64,000 nucleotides of DNA from Octopus bimaculoides (Eukaryota), in contig NC_068984.1 in NCBI RefSeq assembly GCF_001194135.2, forward strand, positions 93,203,372-93,267,371. Reading direction: 5' to 3'. A program made the translations under genes and the position numbers. A model generated the notes under the pieces. That model saw only the letters and a list, made by a program, of their open reading frames with translations. It made no database searches and was not told the origin of the DNA. Shown one piece after another: positions 12,795 to 27,612 of the stretch (positions are counted from its first letter, which is position 1; every line of letters starts with the position of its first letter).

Positions 12795-15700
12795 TCACCC
12801 TTGAATACTCCAACTCTACCCAATTTCTGCAGTTGTCATTTGCTCTTCTCAACCTCTTTTTTATTTATCCCTTAACACTTGTTCTTCATAATACTCACTC
12901 TCTCACCCTTTCGCTTGTTCACTTTTACTCACCTTGTATTTTCAGGGTCCTCCCTGACTCTTCATCACCACTATTTTAATTTCTTTCCAATTCCACTACA
13001 ACCCTCCCATTCTCTCTCTTATAATGTAACTAATGTAGCTTCCCTACAGCAAGAAAAACCTCTTCTCCCTCACTTTAACTGCTCATAGTCTCACCAAAAA
13101 CTGCTTCACTTTCTACTGTAGCCAGTAGAAAGGGATTTTTGTCTTGCAAGCTGCACAGTGATCTCACTAGTACCAGTGCTATGAAAAAAGATCCAGTACA
13201 AGCTATAAAATGGTTGATATTAAGTATGACATCCAACCATCAAGCATTGAAGCACAATACAGTCTTTGGACTTAATGATATCACTAGTGCCAATAAGATG
13301 AAAAAGCATCCAGTGCACTGTAAGGTCATTAGTATTAGAAAGGGTATCAATCCATACAAACCATATCAAAGCAGACACTGGAGCTTTACACAGCCCTGTG
13401 GCTTGTCAGATCCTGTCAGACTGTACAACCCATGTATATCTGTGCAATGTGTTTTTGTTTTGACATCATGTAATGGTTATAAATGAGCATCACCCTCATA
13501 CAAGCAATGCTAATTGTTTTTTTCAATCTTTCATGAAAAACCTGTCTGGCCATATTACCTTGCTTGGAAACAGATGGGGGTTAGCAACAGGAAGGGCGTC
13601 CAGTCAGAAAATTTGCCTCAACAAATTCCATCTGCCCCATGCAAGCATGGAAAAATGAGCATTAAAGTGATGATGTAGTAGAATTAGAAAAACCATTACA
13701 GTTGTGGAAGCAAAACCTGAAATCAAATGGCCTCACTTAGGCTTTAGTAAGTAGGAAAACAGACAGGACTCTACTTTCATCTAGGGAAATGGCTTTGCTT
13801 GATATGTAGAAAGTGAGTAGATAGAAATTCCATTCAGTGCAACAGATGCAAAATGTGAACTCACAAGTGGTTTGGTGGTTTCACGGGCAAGTTATCAGAG
13901 AAAGTAGACTTTGTATGTAATAGATGCGCAGGAACAATAAGCACTAAGAGCACATGGAAAATAAATTTCCTCAAATGTCCAGAAGATCTCTAGAGATTGT
14001 TCTGAAAGTATAGTTGCTAGAATAAGGACAGGCTGGAGAAAGTTCAGAGTTATTACCTCTATTGTTAACCAATGGTTTTTCTCTTTGGGTGAAAGGCAGA
14101 TTTTATGATAGCTATGTCTGAATAGGAGTAAGATGTGACCATGGATGCAGAAGACATTTGAAGATTAAGAAACTGTCATACTCTTTTGAATATGCAATAT
14201 GTATACATGAACAATAAAACACAAATATATTAAAAGAAAAATTGGACATAAGAGGAATCAGATGTATGTAATTGAGAAAAATACACTGGCATGCGTATGT
14301 ATGAGGATTAAAAAGTGTTACTCATTTAAGATGGATGGAACTTGGAAACTTGTGGAAGTGGAAGACATGGGACAAAATGATGAAGACTGATCTTAGGAGT
14401 TTGAATCTCTCAGAAGAGATGACAAATGACCTGGATGATAGGTGACATGTGGTACTCAAGAAGATCCACCCATCTCAATGAAACAGGTTCTGGAAGCATA
14501 ATGCCTCTCAACAAATGATCCGTGCAGCCCCTCTTTCTCTATCACAGATCTCTCCATCACCTGCTTAATAGCAGTGTTCTGCTCCTGTAATTCAGGGCAA
14601 AGCTACATATTTTTTTCATTTCTGGTATGCCAGTTAGCTTTCTCACCATCTAGAACCACCTCTTTGATATCCATCCTTCACTCTCAGTAGCGTCCCTCTC
14701 CACTCACATTTTACATTGATCATCCTACTCTTTTGTACTCCCAAATTATTTCTATTTCTCTCTCTTTCCACTGAACCACTACTTTCTGTTTTATATGCCC
14801 ATATCACCATACATTTCTCTCTCCCCTCATGCACTGCATCTTTCTCTCCATTCAAACTCTTGCAACTTACCCACCTACACATCATCTCTTTCTCTCTGTC
14901 CTACTGTTCTTCACCCTCATGTACTGCCAATCAGCACCTATTCTAAGTATCCTAACCTTACTCCAACTCACTACATACATTCTTGCTACATCTATCCAGT
15001 CTGTCTTCCAGTTTTCCACTCAAAGCCTACCATCTCACCTTGTCACCATCATCTTTATCTCTCTTGCCAGCTCCATACCAATAACTACAACTCACTCTTG
15101 TTCTGGCCTCTTCCTTTATACGTTAGCATTTGATCACTAACACAAACTACCTTCCTCTCAACTGTAGCCTCATTTAGTCACAGAGGATCTTAATCTTGGG
15201 AGCTACATGGTGACCTCACTAGTGCTTGTGCCACAAAATAAGTACCCAGTACACTCTATAAAATGATTGGCATCCAGCTATAGAAACCATGTCAAAGCAA
15301 CCAGTAAAGCACAACACATGGCTCACAATATAATCCTCCAACTTGTTGGATACTGTCAAACTATCCATTCCATGACAGCATGGAAGATGAATGTTAAAAG
15401 ATGATGTGTGTGTATACGTATATATATACACACACACATTCATAGCCCACACCTCCCACATCCTTAGAGTTGGCACACCCAATGTGGGTGCATTGAAAGG
15501 TAGGTCTGGTGTGATTGTTGAGATGCTTGAACAAAGGTGTGTAGATGTGTGTTGCATCCAAGAAGTAAGGTGGGGAGGAAGTTCTGCTAGATCCCTCACA
15601 GGCAAAGAGCATAGGTATAAATCTTCTGGGTAGGGAACAGTGTTGGGATTGGTGGTGTGGACTTATTTCTTGCTAAGAAATGGGTTGATAATGTAATTGA

Positions 15701-18700
15701 GATAGTCAGTGTGTGTGACAGAATACATAAGCTTAGACTAATTTTGCAAAGTGGAACAGCAACCATCATCACAACCTATGCTCCTCAGCTGCGACTACCT
15801 GATGAACAAAAAGACCAGTTTTATGACACCCTTTTGCTGACTACCTCATCAGCAACTACCTTTCCTTTATAGCTGATGATTTCAATGAGCATGCTGGTCA
15901 ACATCCAGGTGGCTTCCATAGCATGCATAGTAGCAACGGATTTTACTCTCATAATGAGGAGGGAACCAGGCTGCTGGAGTTCTGTGATGCAAATGACCCT
16001 ATGATCTGTAATACTAACTTCAGGAAACCTGGTGGGCACACTAGTCAGATTGACTACATTCTCGCCAGAAAATGGAAAAGATGGCTGCTTATAAATGCCA
16101 AAACTATCCCAGGTGAAGACTGCACCCTTCAACATAGGTTAGTCATTAGTAACTTCAGAATCAGAGCCAAAAGGCTGCCAAGAAGACAACCAGTGTGGAA
16201 AAGAAAGGTCTGGAAGCTTAAGATCAGAGATTCAGAGATGTGTTACTTGAAGCCCAGCTTGGCCACAGCTTTGAGCTGAAACCTATAAAAGAATAGTAAC
16301 ATATAATGTGAAGGACAACTGGGGATTCCTATGGGACAATCTGCTGAGGGTGACTGACCAAATTTGTGGCTGGTGCAAAGTCTCTTCTCATTGTGGTATG
16401 GTGGTGGAATAGTGTAGTTGACAGGGCCATTAGAGAAAAGAAACGGGCCTGGAAGGACTGGAAGTGTGGTGTTAGTGGGAAACTGTATCAGATAGCCAGG
16501 GGAGAAGCAGAAGAGAAGTTTACCGATGTTCTGCAACATGAGGACCAAAGACCTGAAGTGTTTAAGATTGCAAGACAGTGTGTGAGAGAAAATCATGATG
16601 TCATAGGAGAGAAATGTGTCCACATGGATGATAGGTCACTTGCATTTAATGATACTGCAAAGAAAGAGGCTTGGAAATGGCATTATGAAAGGCTGCAAAA
16701 TGTGGAGAATGCATGGGAAAAAGAGAGTCTGCCAAACATAGACCCAACTGAGAGACCAGTTATTCAAATTGACAGTTGCTTGGTAGATAAAGCAACTAAG
16801 GATATGAAGACAGAGAAAGGCCATAACCCATCAGGAATCACTGCTGAGATGCTTAAGGTATCTGTCAGAGTAGGATATGGCCTAATCATCCATATAGTTA
16901 ATCAAGCTGTTACACCCAACAGTTGGTGTAACAGTATTATCAACCGCTACAAAGGCTAAGTGATGTCTTAGACAGAAATAATTACAGTGGCATCAAATTG
17001 CTGGACCAGGTGATGAAAATCACAGAGTTATAGCTCAATTAATTAGGAAGGGAGTTAGCATAGATGAGATGCAGTTTGGATTTGTGGTAGGTTGGAGCAT
17101 GTTTTATGCTATATTCCTGGTTAGGCAGCTTCAAGAAGTATTTAGCCTAAAATAAACCTCTGTACTTGGCTTTTGTTGACATGGAGAAATCTTTTGACAG
17201 GATCCCCCATTCCATTATCAGGTAGTTAATGCAGAAGCTAGGGTTAGATGAGTAGTTAGTGAGAGCTATACAAGCCATGTACAGGGATGCTACCAGTAAG
17301 GTGAAGGTTGGCAACAAGTATAGCAATGTATTCAGTGTACAAGTAGGAATTCACCAAGGCTCAGTCCCCTCTTATCTTTGTCCTCCAGGTCTTAACAGAG
17401 TAATTCAAGACCAGCTGTCCTTGGGAGCTCTATGCTGATGACCCTGTTCTTATAGCTGAATCACTACCTGGCCTAGGGAAGAAATTTCAGGTGTGGAATC
17501 TAAGGGCCTTAGAGTTAATTTAATAAAAAAACAAATTCCATGTACATAGTAAAACAGACAAATCACAAGTCCCTCCAGGGAGATGGCTCTGCTCGATATG
17601 TAAGAGGGATGTTGATAGAAACTCCATAGGTTGTACCCAGTGCAAGCTTTGGATACATAAGAGGTGTAGCAGTATTACAGGAAAATAGAGAAAATAGTCT
17701 TTGTATGTAGAAAGTGTGTAGATACAATAAGCACTAAAAATTCTCAGACAATATACTCCCTCAGATGCTCAAGGGAAAAGGGGGGTCATTAGAAGTAGTA
17801 GATAGCTTCTGTTGCCTAGGTAACCAAGTTAGCAGTGGAGGAGGAAGTTGTGAAAGTGTAGTTGCTAGAATAAGAATGGGCTGGGCAAAGTTCAGAGAGC
17901 TTCAATCTTTGTTGGTAACTAAGGGCTTTTCTCTCAGAGTGAAAGTCAGATTGTATGATGCCTGTGTAAATATAGCTATGTTACATGGCAGTGAAACATG
18001 GGCTTTGACCACAGGAGATTTGCGAAGGCTTGAAAGATATGAAGCTAACATGTTCCACTGGATGAGTAATATCAATGTGCATGCATAACAGAGAGTAAAT
18101 GATTTAAGAGGAAAATTGAGTATAAGAGGCATCAGATGTTGTGTGCAAGAGAGAAGACTGCATTGATTTGATCACGTGATACATATGGATGAGGACTGTT
18201 GTGTAAAGAAGTGCCGGGCTCTAATTGTGGAAGGGATAGACCCAGGAAGACATGGGATGAAGTGGTGAGAAAGGATCTTTGGATGCTGGATCTCACTGAG
18301 AAAATGACAAGGGCCTGGGAGATGTGGTAATTTGCTGCCCTTGAAAAGACATGTCCACTTAAGTAAAATCACTGTCTTCCATACATACAGGCTTATCTTT
18401 TCAGGTGCCAGTGCCACATAAAAAGCACCTAGCACACTCTGTTAAGTGGTTGACATTAGGAAGGGCATCCAGCTGTAGAAACCATGTCACAACAGACAAC
18501 TGGAGCCTGAACAGCTACCCAGCTGGCCAGCTCCATGTCAAATCATCCAACCCAAGCCAGCATGGAAAACGGATGTTAAACGATGATGACTCACACTCAT
18601 TATCAATATGTTTTTTTGTATGTGGTAAATGTATCAATTATCATTTCATTGATACACTTGCATTATCTTTTCTCCTTTTCTTTTTCTAATATTAACAGAC

Positions 18701-21700
18701 AAATTCAGCCTCTGGTCAGTCTAATATAGTCTCTGGCCATCACTCAAGCAAAAATGATGCTATTGTCACCCAAGCATGGTTTACAACAAGAGATGAGAAG
18801 AATGCTTTGCAAAACAAAGGTATATTGTAATCATTCAGAATAGTAGATTTTAAAATATGTTTTTTATTTTGTAACAATCATAACAAAAAAAGAAAGAAAA
18901 TTATTTGTGTTTGTCACTTTAAAAAATAACTTTATTTTCTGTCACAATTATCTATATCATTAAATGATCCTGGCTACCTTATATTTACCATAGAAAAGGT
19001 GTTTCAGATGTCATGAAAATAGTTTTAGGCATGATAAAGTTGGAAAATTATGAACTATGGAAGTAGAATATCAATAACCAGACAGTTGTTGTCTGATAAA
19101 AAACAAATTTTGATACAATCAGTACCATTCTAACACAATACAGTTGTTTTAGACCCTGAGGTTGCCATTGGACCTCTTAAATCTGATAGTCCATCATTCA
19201 ACAACTCCCACATTTTGAAACTGCTACCATTAGTATGTTGATGAGTCAACAAGACATTACAGTTAATAGTGCTAAGGTGTCAAACTTTTGTTTATTTCAG
19301 TCTGTTATTAGCCCACCTGGATATCATTAAGAAGACTAAAAGGTGCAAATGATGGTGCTCATGCTAATAAACATAACCATAAATTGTTAGTATATAAAAA
19401 AGTGAAGTTGAAGGAAAGTAAAAATCAGAAAAGTTTTGGAAAACATTGAGAGGTGCTAGGAATATCAAAGTAGACAGTGTTCTAAGTCACATCTTAATGA
19501 AAGTGAAACATTTATGAAATCCCTATATAACTAGCCAAAGTTTTCCAGAGAGGATTAAAGATAGAATATAACTGAATATTTGCAAGGGTGGTTGCACAAG
19601 TTTAAGTGGAGAAATGGAATTTTGCTATATAGTGTACATAGGGAAAAACTTAATGCTGATGTGGGAGCTACTGATGAAATGCCTTGTTTTGACATTGCAT
19701 GCTATGGAAAACTCTTGCCCAAAAGATGACATATGTTTCATCTTAAGGTAAGGATTCCAAAGGAGTTCTTGGCTGTTGCATTTCACTAAATAATTGAAAA
19801 TGTTATCCAAGGACCTTTAAAGGTATGAGAGTTCTTAGCTACTATAGTATTCAAAAAGAGTGAATAACAGTTAAGGGGTTTTTGCAGGGTTTGTTTAATG
19901 GTTTGAAAATGACTTCTTGTTTAACCCTTTAGTGTTCAGATTAATCTGACAAATGTAATGCTTAACTGTTCACGTTATTTTGAATTATGCTTGTAACTTT
20001 GCTAATTTTTTACATACAGATTTGAAATTTTGTCAGTGAGTGCTTATATACCAGTGGATTATAGCTTTGTAATTTTAGCTAATCTTGCTGATTAAATTTG
20101 ACTTTTATGGGCAGGTAAATTTAATTAACAGGTGTAAAAACAATAACATTATGGATAAACACTAAAATTGAAATTCTTAATGCATCTTATCTGTTTGATT
20201 TGTTACTAAAATTATCCCAGTTGTCAACTGCCATCAATGTTGCCACTTTTCAAGATGAGGTACATTAATATGAATTCATCAGCATATAGGTATAATCAGT
20301 ACAAGATTTTATTCTTTCTCTATATTTCATTCAAACATTTTCATTGAAAATAAAGTACAAAACTCTTTTTCTAGTCAATATACCCTTGGTTATGTACTCT
20401 TATACAATTTCATGAATACATTTACATAACAGAATGCATCTAATAAAAGAAAAAAAGCTCATTAGCAAGTGAGGCAAAGGTAACATAATGAAAATTGATA
20501 TGTATTTTTCACTTTCACATATCTAATATATATAAATCAAAGTATGTGTGTGTATATTGACTAACACATAAATTTCCACAATCCTCAACCAATTTTTTAC
20601 CAAACTTTACACACACATTACTTATGTCCCATTACTTACTTATTCTCGTCTTAATATCTTCTAGAAGATCTCGACTTTTCAGATGATATAGCACTACTTT
20701 CACAAACATATAGCCAGATGCAAAATAAAACGTCAAAATTAGAAGCAATAGCTGCCAAACTAGAATTGAAAGTCAACTGCGACAAATCAAAAATTATGCA
20801 CATTAATGAAGAAAACAGTGAACGTATTAAACTAGAAACCAGTGAACTAGAGGATGTAGCTGAGTTTACGTATTACTTGGTTAGAGAATATTATAAAAGT
20901 GAAAGGATTTTTTCTGTTTATCTATTTCAACTGTCTACCTTTGATTGTGGTTAAATTGACTAGGAACACTCTACGTGATGAATATCCAATATCAAACAAT
21001 CTTAATCTCCATATTTAAATTGCATTAAACTTTGGTAGGCTTACCTTTATCTATTCTGAGTTACTTGAAAGGTGACATTCCCTTCTCTCTCTTCTATTTG
21101 TTGATACCTGTGTTTACCTACCAATGTGTTGTTTCATATTAAGGATGCTTATTTACTCATCCATTATATTTCAAATGCAACATCTTTTTACTGCGAACTG
21201 TTAAAGCAGTATTCGTGAACTGAAGTCAAAGTCTTCATGTCTTCATTTTTCGTTACCTGAAGTCAGTTTCGGAGTGGTCATATGCTGTAAGCACGTAGCA
21301 AATACATTCCTTTAACTCTGCTTTTCCAATAGGTATTATACTGCCATTTTTGAATGTACCAATCATACTTCTCTCAGAAAAAATAGCTCCCTTTGCTGTT
21401 GAATAAAATGACTTGCAGAGGGGAAGTGTCAACGTCTTCCTTCAATTTCCTTACACCATTTATGTGGCTGTTTCTGACAAGAAATTTCGCTTTCATATAA
21501 AACAACTATATTTTGTAGTCATTATCCATAATCTACTCCCAAAACACTTCAAGTAGCTCTACCTTGCATCACTTGCAAATGTAGATGTCCTATGACCATT
21601 AAAGTGCAATGACCTCCACAATAACCAGCCTTCGATTAGGTTTTCTGTTCCTAGGTTAATCGGAAACATAGATTGCCATGCTACTCATAAACCTTCTCAG

Positions 21701-24700
21701 TAGTTCAATTATTTGGTGAAGAAAATACCACCAAAGCAAAAGGATGGGTGCATTTGCTAGTTATTTAATAAAATGAAAAGAATATATGATAGTATTACTA
21801 TCAAACAACAAAATATAGTTATGCCATATTTCAATCGTGAAACTGTCCAAAGCACCCTTTACAGAAGGGCACTTTCCAAAACAAACACATATATGAGGTC
21901 TTGACCTTTCGCAGTTTTTTTTTTTTTTTTTTCTCAGTGAACACAGTATGCAAACTTTTCCATTTATTTTTTCTATCATATGGAAGTCAATATTTTCTCT
22001 GTTGACACCCACTTCAGTTAATTTTGCTTTTCTCCCAGTTCTGTGCTTTCTGGATGAAAAGCCCTCACATAACTGAGATGCAATGTCAACCCAAAATTTC
22101 AAATGGTCGTAGTCTTTTGGTGGCAAAGGTGCCTTGTTGCTTTTTACATAAACAATATCTGAATTAACTGTAGTTAGACATAATGATGGAGATATATGGA
22201 TCACCATACCTTATGTCAGGATTCCAGTAGTTCAACAATTGAGGAAGCTGCTTAATATCAAACATAGTGTTTATTAGTAAAAAAAAGCTCACATTTCTGC
22301 AGTATCAGTTGGCTGCCATAGTGGATTAGGTCTTCCACAAACAGAAATTATGCATTGAGCATTTTTGTTTTCTCTGTGACAGTTTCATAAAAAAACTTTT
22401 CAGTAAAAATAAAAATAAATAGTCCAATGGTTGTGCATTGAGAGGTAAACTGTATCGTGGACTAGTTTTTCTGTGAAATCATGAATTATGGTTGGTGTAA
22501 TGTTTTCAATATCATTTACATCACTTTCATTTCTATCACTTTCATTATCAAAGTCTTCCTCATCCAACAAAGATTGTCAATATGATTCATCCAAAGACAA
22601 ATCACTGTTATTTTCGTTTATATTTTGTACATCATGAAGAGTAAAATCTTTGAAATCATAATCGCTACTTGCTGACACCATATCACTAAAAACTAAGATG
22701 TACACTTCTCTTCAGACATTGAAAAAAACCAAGAAGTCTCAAAAATTTCACCATATTTTTACTTGAATAAAGGCAAGAAAGGCTTTATCTCGCATTATCT
22801 CAAAGCTACGAGAATTCAATAATGTGATTTGTTTATTTTATTAGCGATTTCATAGAGGAATCAGATATGGCTGGATATAACTGGTTCAAACAAATAAAGG
22901 GGAATAATTTTCAGCTAGTTTTGGCCAGTCTAAATGCTAAAGGGTTAAGTTGGAGAAAACTGTAACTCTGTTGGCCTAAATTCAAAGTGTAACTTATATT
23001 TTTTGTTAAAGAGTTGTTCTGCATACTCCAAAGTAGAACTTTTAATAAAAGACAGTGTTTTTGGTCTATACCTCTCTATTGATTGCACCTCAGTGAGACA
23101 ATCCTGTAACTAGAACACCCCCACGATAGGTGAAAATCCATGAAGTAGAAGCAGTACTGTATTATTTGTTTTTTTATTATTTTTATAATTTGTATATATT
23201 TCTTTTATCATAAATGCAAAACAACACTGCAGAGGAATCAATGTAAGCTTAAATAATAAACTGCAATATGTGAACCACGATATGGCAAGGGATTACTGTA
23301 TTACATTCATTGAAATCTAAATACAAATCAGTTTATCCACTGTTTCTGTGCTACCTCAAATAATGAGAAACTCCCTACAGATTTCATGAGGAATTTTACT
23401 TAAAAGATATGATATGGTCTTTAGCATCTGCTTGGAATAAAGTTCAGAATGTACACTGCAAGTTAACCTTTCAAGACGAGGAAAGAGTTGAACTTGACTA
23501 TGCTGAATTTAAAGTTTCTAATGAAAGAAAATCATCAAAAAATTGGTTGAGTATGCTAGGAGAATGATGAACACAAAGTGTCTTGTAATAACAAAAGAAA
23601 TTACAGAGGAAAACCTAGGGGAATGGCTGAACATCAATAATGGTGAGCCTATTGTTTATCAAGAAACTGCTTGAGAAATAGAGCAGATGGTGCAAGAAGA
23701 TAAAAACAAATAAAATCATGAAAAATGTGCTGAAAAAAATGAAGAAGCAAAAGAAAGAATTTCTATGGATAAATATATTTAGACAATGAGAGATTCAATG
23801 GCAAGATTAGAGCAAGGTGACTTTATAATGAAACAAAAAATCATGTCTGATTCAAACAAAATTAATTAGGAAGAAACCCAAAGCATGCTATGTTGCGACA
23901 GTAGTTGAAGAAGGTTGTTCACAACTCTACCAAGGCTCATTTCAGCATAGAAAGACCATTTCTTTTCATCCCTTTTGATCCTGATGTGCAAATAGGCCTA
24001 GGTCTATTTAATTGAAGTCTTGATGACCCTGCACTCTATCCATGAAGACCCTGCCTATCATGGTGTACTTGTAGTCTACCAATATTTATATTGTTCTATT
24101 ATTTTTGATTTCAGACTTTATATTACATGAAACAATTAAAGCTTATTTGGAAATATTATTGGCTGTATTATTTTGTATTTCAAGTTTGTTCTAGCTTTGA
24201 CAAGACATCAGTATGTATGTATGCATGCACACATGCACACACAATGAGATAGCTAAGTTATGTATTTACACAGAGACTCCCTTAGAGTCAGCTTTCTGTT
24301 TTCTGACATTTTTCTGTATCTGGAAATGGCCAGGTCCCCAAATTTCCAGACTAAAGAGATCCAACTTGTATTTTCAGTTAGCAAGTTAAGTAAACTGAGG
24401 CATGCAGACTATGCATTGCAAAATTTGAACTTGTAACTTCACAAAATAACTTCAAAGCATATGAGCCATTTACATTTAGAAAAAGGCATATAAAAGAAAA
24501 CTTATGAGCATTTTATTGGTAGAAAAATAATTATTCCTATTTTAATTTTGATGAGATGAAAGAAAGAAGAGTTGTTATTAATTCACTTCAAATCTAGATA
24601 TTGAGATATCATTAACTAAACTCATTCCCAAGTGATTTATTTGTTTATAATAAATAATCTTCTGCTTAAAAATTTACTAGACTAGTAAATAATTTGATTG

Positions 24701-27576
24701 TGAAAATTCTTAACCATATCACTTCAAGAATAGATATTTAGTTATTAACTCTTGTTTTGTATCTAAGCTGGAATCACCAGCTTTAGAGTTGGAAAATGGT
24801 ACTTAATAAGGGCACTTGAATTAAAAGGAATCACTCTCAAGCCTGTGTGTGTAGCATCTCTTGTTAAAGGTCTCTACCCAGTAGTTTGGATCTAACACTG
24901 AGAAGAACAGTCCAGATATTGATAAGAATTATGTTCTTTTAAACCTATAAAATGTACCCTGATCCTATGAAATCATAATCATTATTTCACCTTCTTATAG
25001 AAATATTTTCTTATTTCATTTAGGCCATTCTTGGGTCCAAGGCCAGTGGACAAAAGATGAAATAGAACTCTTACAAGCAAACATCAATAGCTATTGTAAA
25101 GTAAGTATATTTGACTGAAAGCTTTTTGAATTTAATTTAGTCTTATAAAATGGTCAGAAGCCATGCTATATGAATATTTCCCTGCTATCTTTGAGGTAGA
25201 CAGGCTAGGATTATAAAGCTATCAAAATGCATACAATAAAACTGTAACATCAACAAAAGCTTATTTTTTATATCCCTTAAAGTCATTTGCATGTACCAAG
25301 TTGTGTACAACCCCTTCCTCCAGACCAAACCATTAAGAGGAAAAAATCTGGACAATCCTCTTTGAGCAAACTTAGGATTAAAAATCTGTGACAGTCATGT
25401 TTTTTTAGAAATATCTAAGATTGTTATCTGAAGTGTCTTTTCCTTAGTTTAGACAATGGGGTGTTTTAACCCTTTAGAATTTAAACCAGCCATATCTGGC
25501 CAAAATATTTAACTTGTTTTATGTTTAAAATCCAGCCTCTCACACCTACTCTACAATGTCATTGTAAAAATAAACAATCACGTCATCTTAAAATCTTAAA
25601 GCTACAAAATAATACATAATTAATTCAAAACGTTGTGAATAAATAAGCCTTACATTTGACAGAATAATCTGAATGCTAAAAGGTTATGAGAAACCATGTA
25701 GATTCATATCTTACTGGTGTTGTTAATTTAGATAATTTTGCCTCTTCGGACTAATTTCCTAAAGTAAACTACCTTGTTGTGAGACAGATATAATACATTG
25801 TAAAATTATTTGCCTGAGGAAACATGGCAATGCAAACTGAAATGTTTAAGCATACTTGATTTATGAAATTACTTGTTGATACTTCAACTTTTAGGAAATT
25901 CCCTAAATCATATCACAATTTCATCTAGAGAAAATTTCATAAATTAAATTTGGTTAGGTAATAAAAAAAAAGTATGTTTTCTAGACACTTTATCTTACAA
26001 GTTTTAAGAGGATAGAAAACTAAGTAATAATATGAAACCTTTATTTGTGCTAAAAGCTTATTTTCAATAGGAGACACATAAGTTGAATGGTTGATATATC
26101 CTACCTAATGTAGACATTCTCTTATGCTATAGCAGATAATTTTGCTTTTTTTCCTATCTAGTCTATAAAAAAAAATAGCTTTTACTACAATTTTAAAATT
26201 AAGAAAGCCATCAAAAGGGGAAATTTTATAACAATTTGTGCAAATATTTACATTTTAACCTATTAGAATTTTATTTTTCTTGAATATAATTGAACAGTTG
26301 TGTTGTTTTATGGGTTAGGCATTTTTGAATTGCAGACATTAAAAATTATAATGTTCTCAGAATGTTCCGAGAGCAATTCATCATCCACTTCAAATACTTT
26401 AGAAGTTTTGCTTATCCTTAATTCAAATTATTAATACAAAGAAATTTATTGTTTGTGTTCTACATTCTTATGAATTATGTCAGATATAGAGATGGATTCT
26501 ATTTAAACATCAACCAGTCAACTGTGAAGTTGGAATATGTATTAACCAGGATTAGATAAAATGGCTTGCCAGTTTCACATGTTATTCTTTGACCCTATAT
26601 TAGTCTTGTTTTTATTTTCTTTAATAAATTTTACTTGTTAATATTATGTGGCATTTGTTGGACTTTTTTTCATCTAGAATTTAACATCACCCACTAAAGC
26701 TCTTTCGTTGAATGTTGCTTAATGTACAGTTTTATGTCTTACTCCCAGGATAACAATATCAGTAACCCTACAGAAATCATTTTTGAGATGTCCAAAGATG
26801 AACGGAAGGATTTTTATCGAACAGTTGCAAAAGGACTTAACCGACCTCTGTTTTCTGTGTATAGACGAGTAATACGAATGTATGATCAAAAAAATTATGT
26901 TGGCAAGTACAGTCAAGATGAAATGATTAAACTCAGAGAGTTAGTATACCTTCTTTAATTGTTACATGCTTCAATACAGCTGTTTTCTACATTTTTATAA
27001 TATGTCATGGCTGGGCCTTGTGAATTACAGGTACAACTCACTTTTGCCAGCTGAGTGGACTGGAGAAGTACTGTGTAACAACGCACCACTGGCTTTCAAA
27101 TTCATGATCATGAGCCGAATAAATTAACCTCTAGGCCACACACCAGCAGATACCAGCTGACAGTTGCATAATATCCTATTGTTACACAAACACAAATAAC
27201 GACATACATACATACATACACATTCAAACACAGTCACATATTGTTATGTACACATACACACAGTCTATTCGTTTTATACATACAGACATGCATACATATA
27301 TAAACACACACATATGCACAGATGTCAGCAGACAATTATAGCTTTACATTGTTACACAAACATACACAGATAACAACTCACACACATACAGATATCAGCA
27401 GACATTCCACACACAGATACCAACATACACTTTCGGTTATTGTTTCACACACACATACACACATATTCACACAGACACACAGTCTCACAGTTATGTGCAC
27501 ATGCACACACACACATACACACACCATCTCATACAGTTACACGCACACACACAAACACAGTCTCAAACAGGTACAT

Positions 27577-27612
<36 letters not shown>

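Noticed and set aside
10659-12852. Long ORFs of X residues (also 32601-33921, 43717-44332, 52215-52916)
   Set aside because: They only span assembly gaps (10720-11327, 12318-12760, 32732-33695, 43889-44233, 52285-52720).
26678-26748. Upstream alternative acceptor before exon 26749
   Set aside because: It adds 71 nt with an in-frame TAA. It could be a poison acceptor, but nothing supports it beyond a pyrimidine tract.
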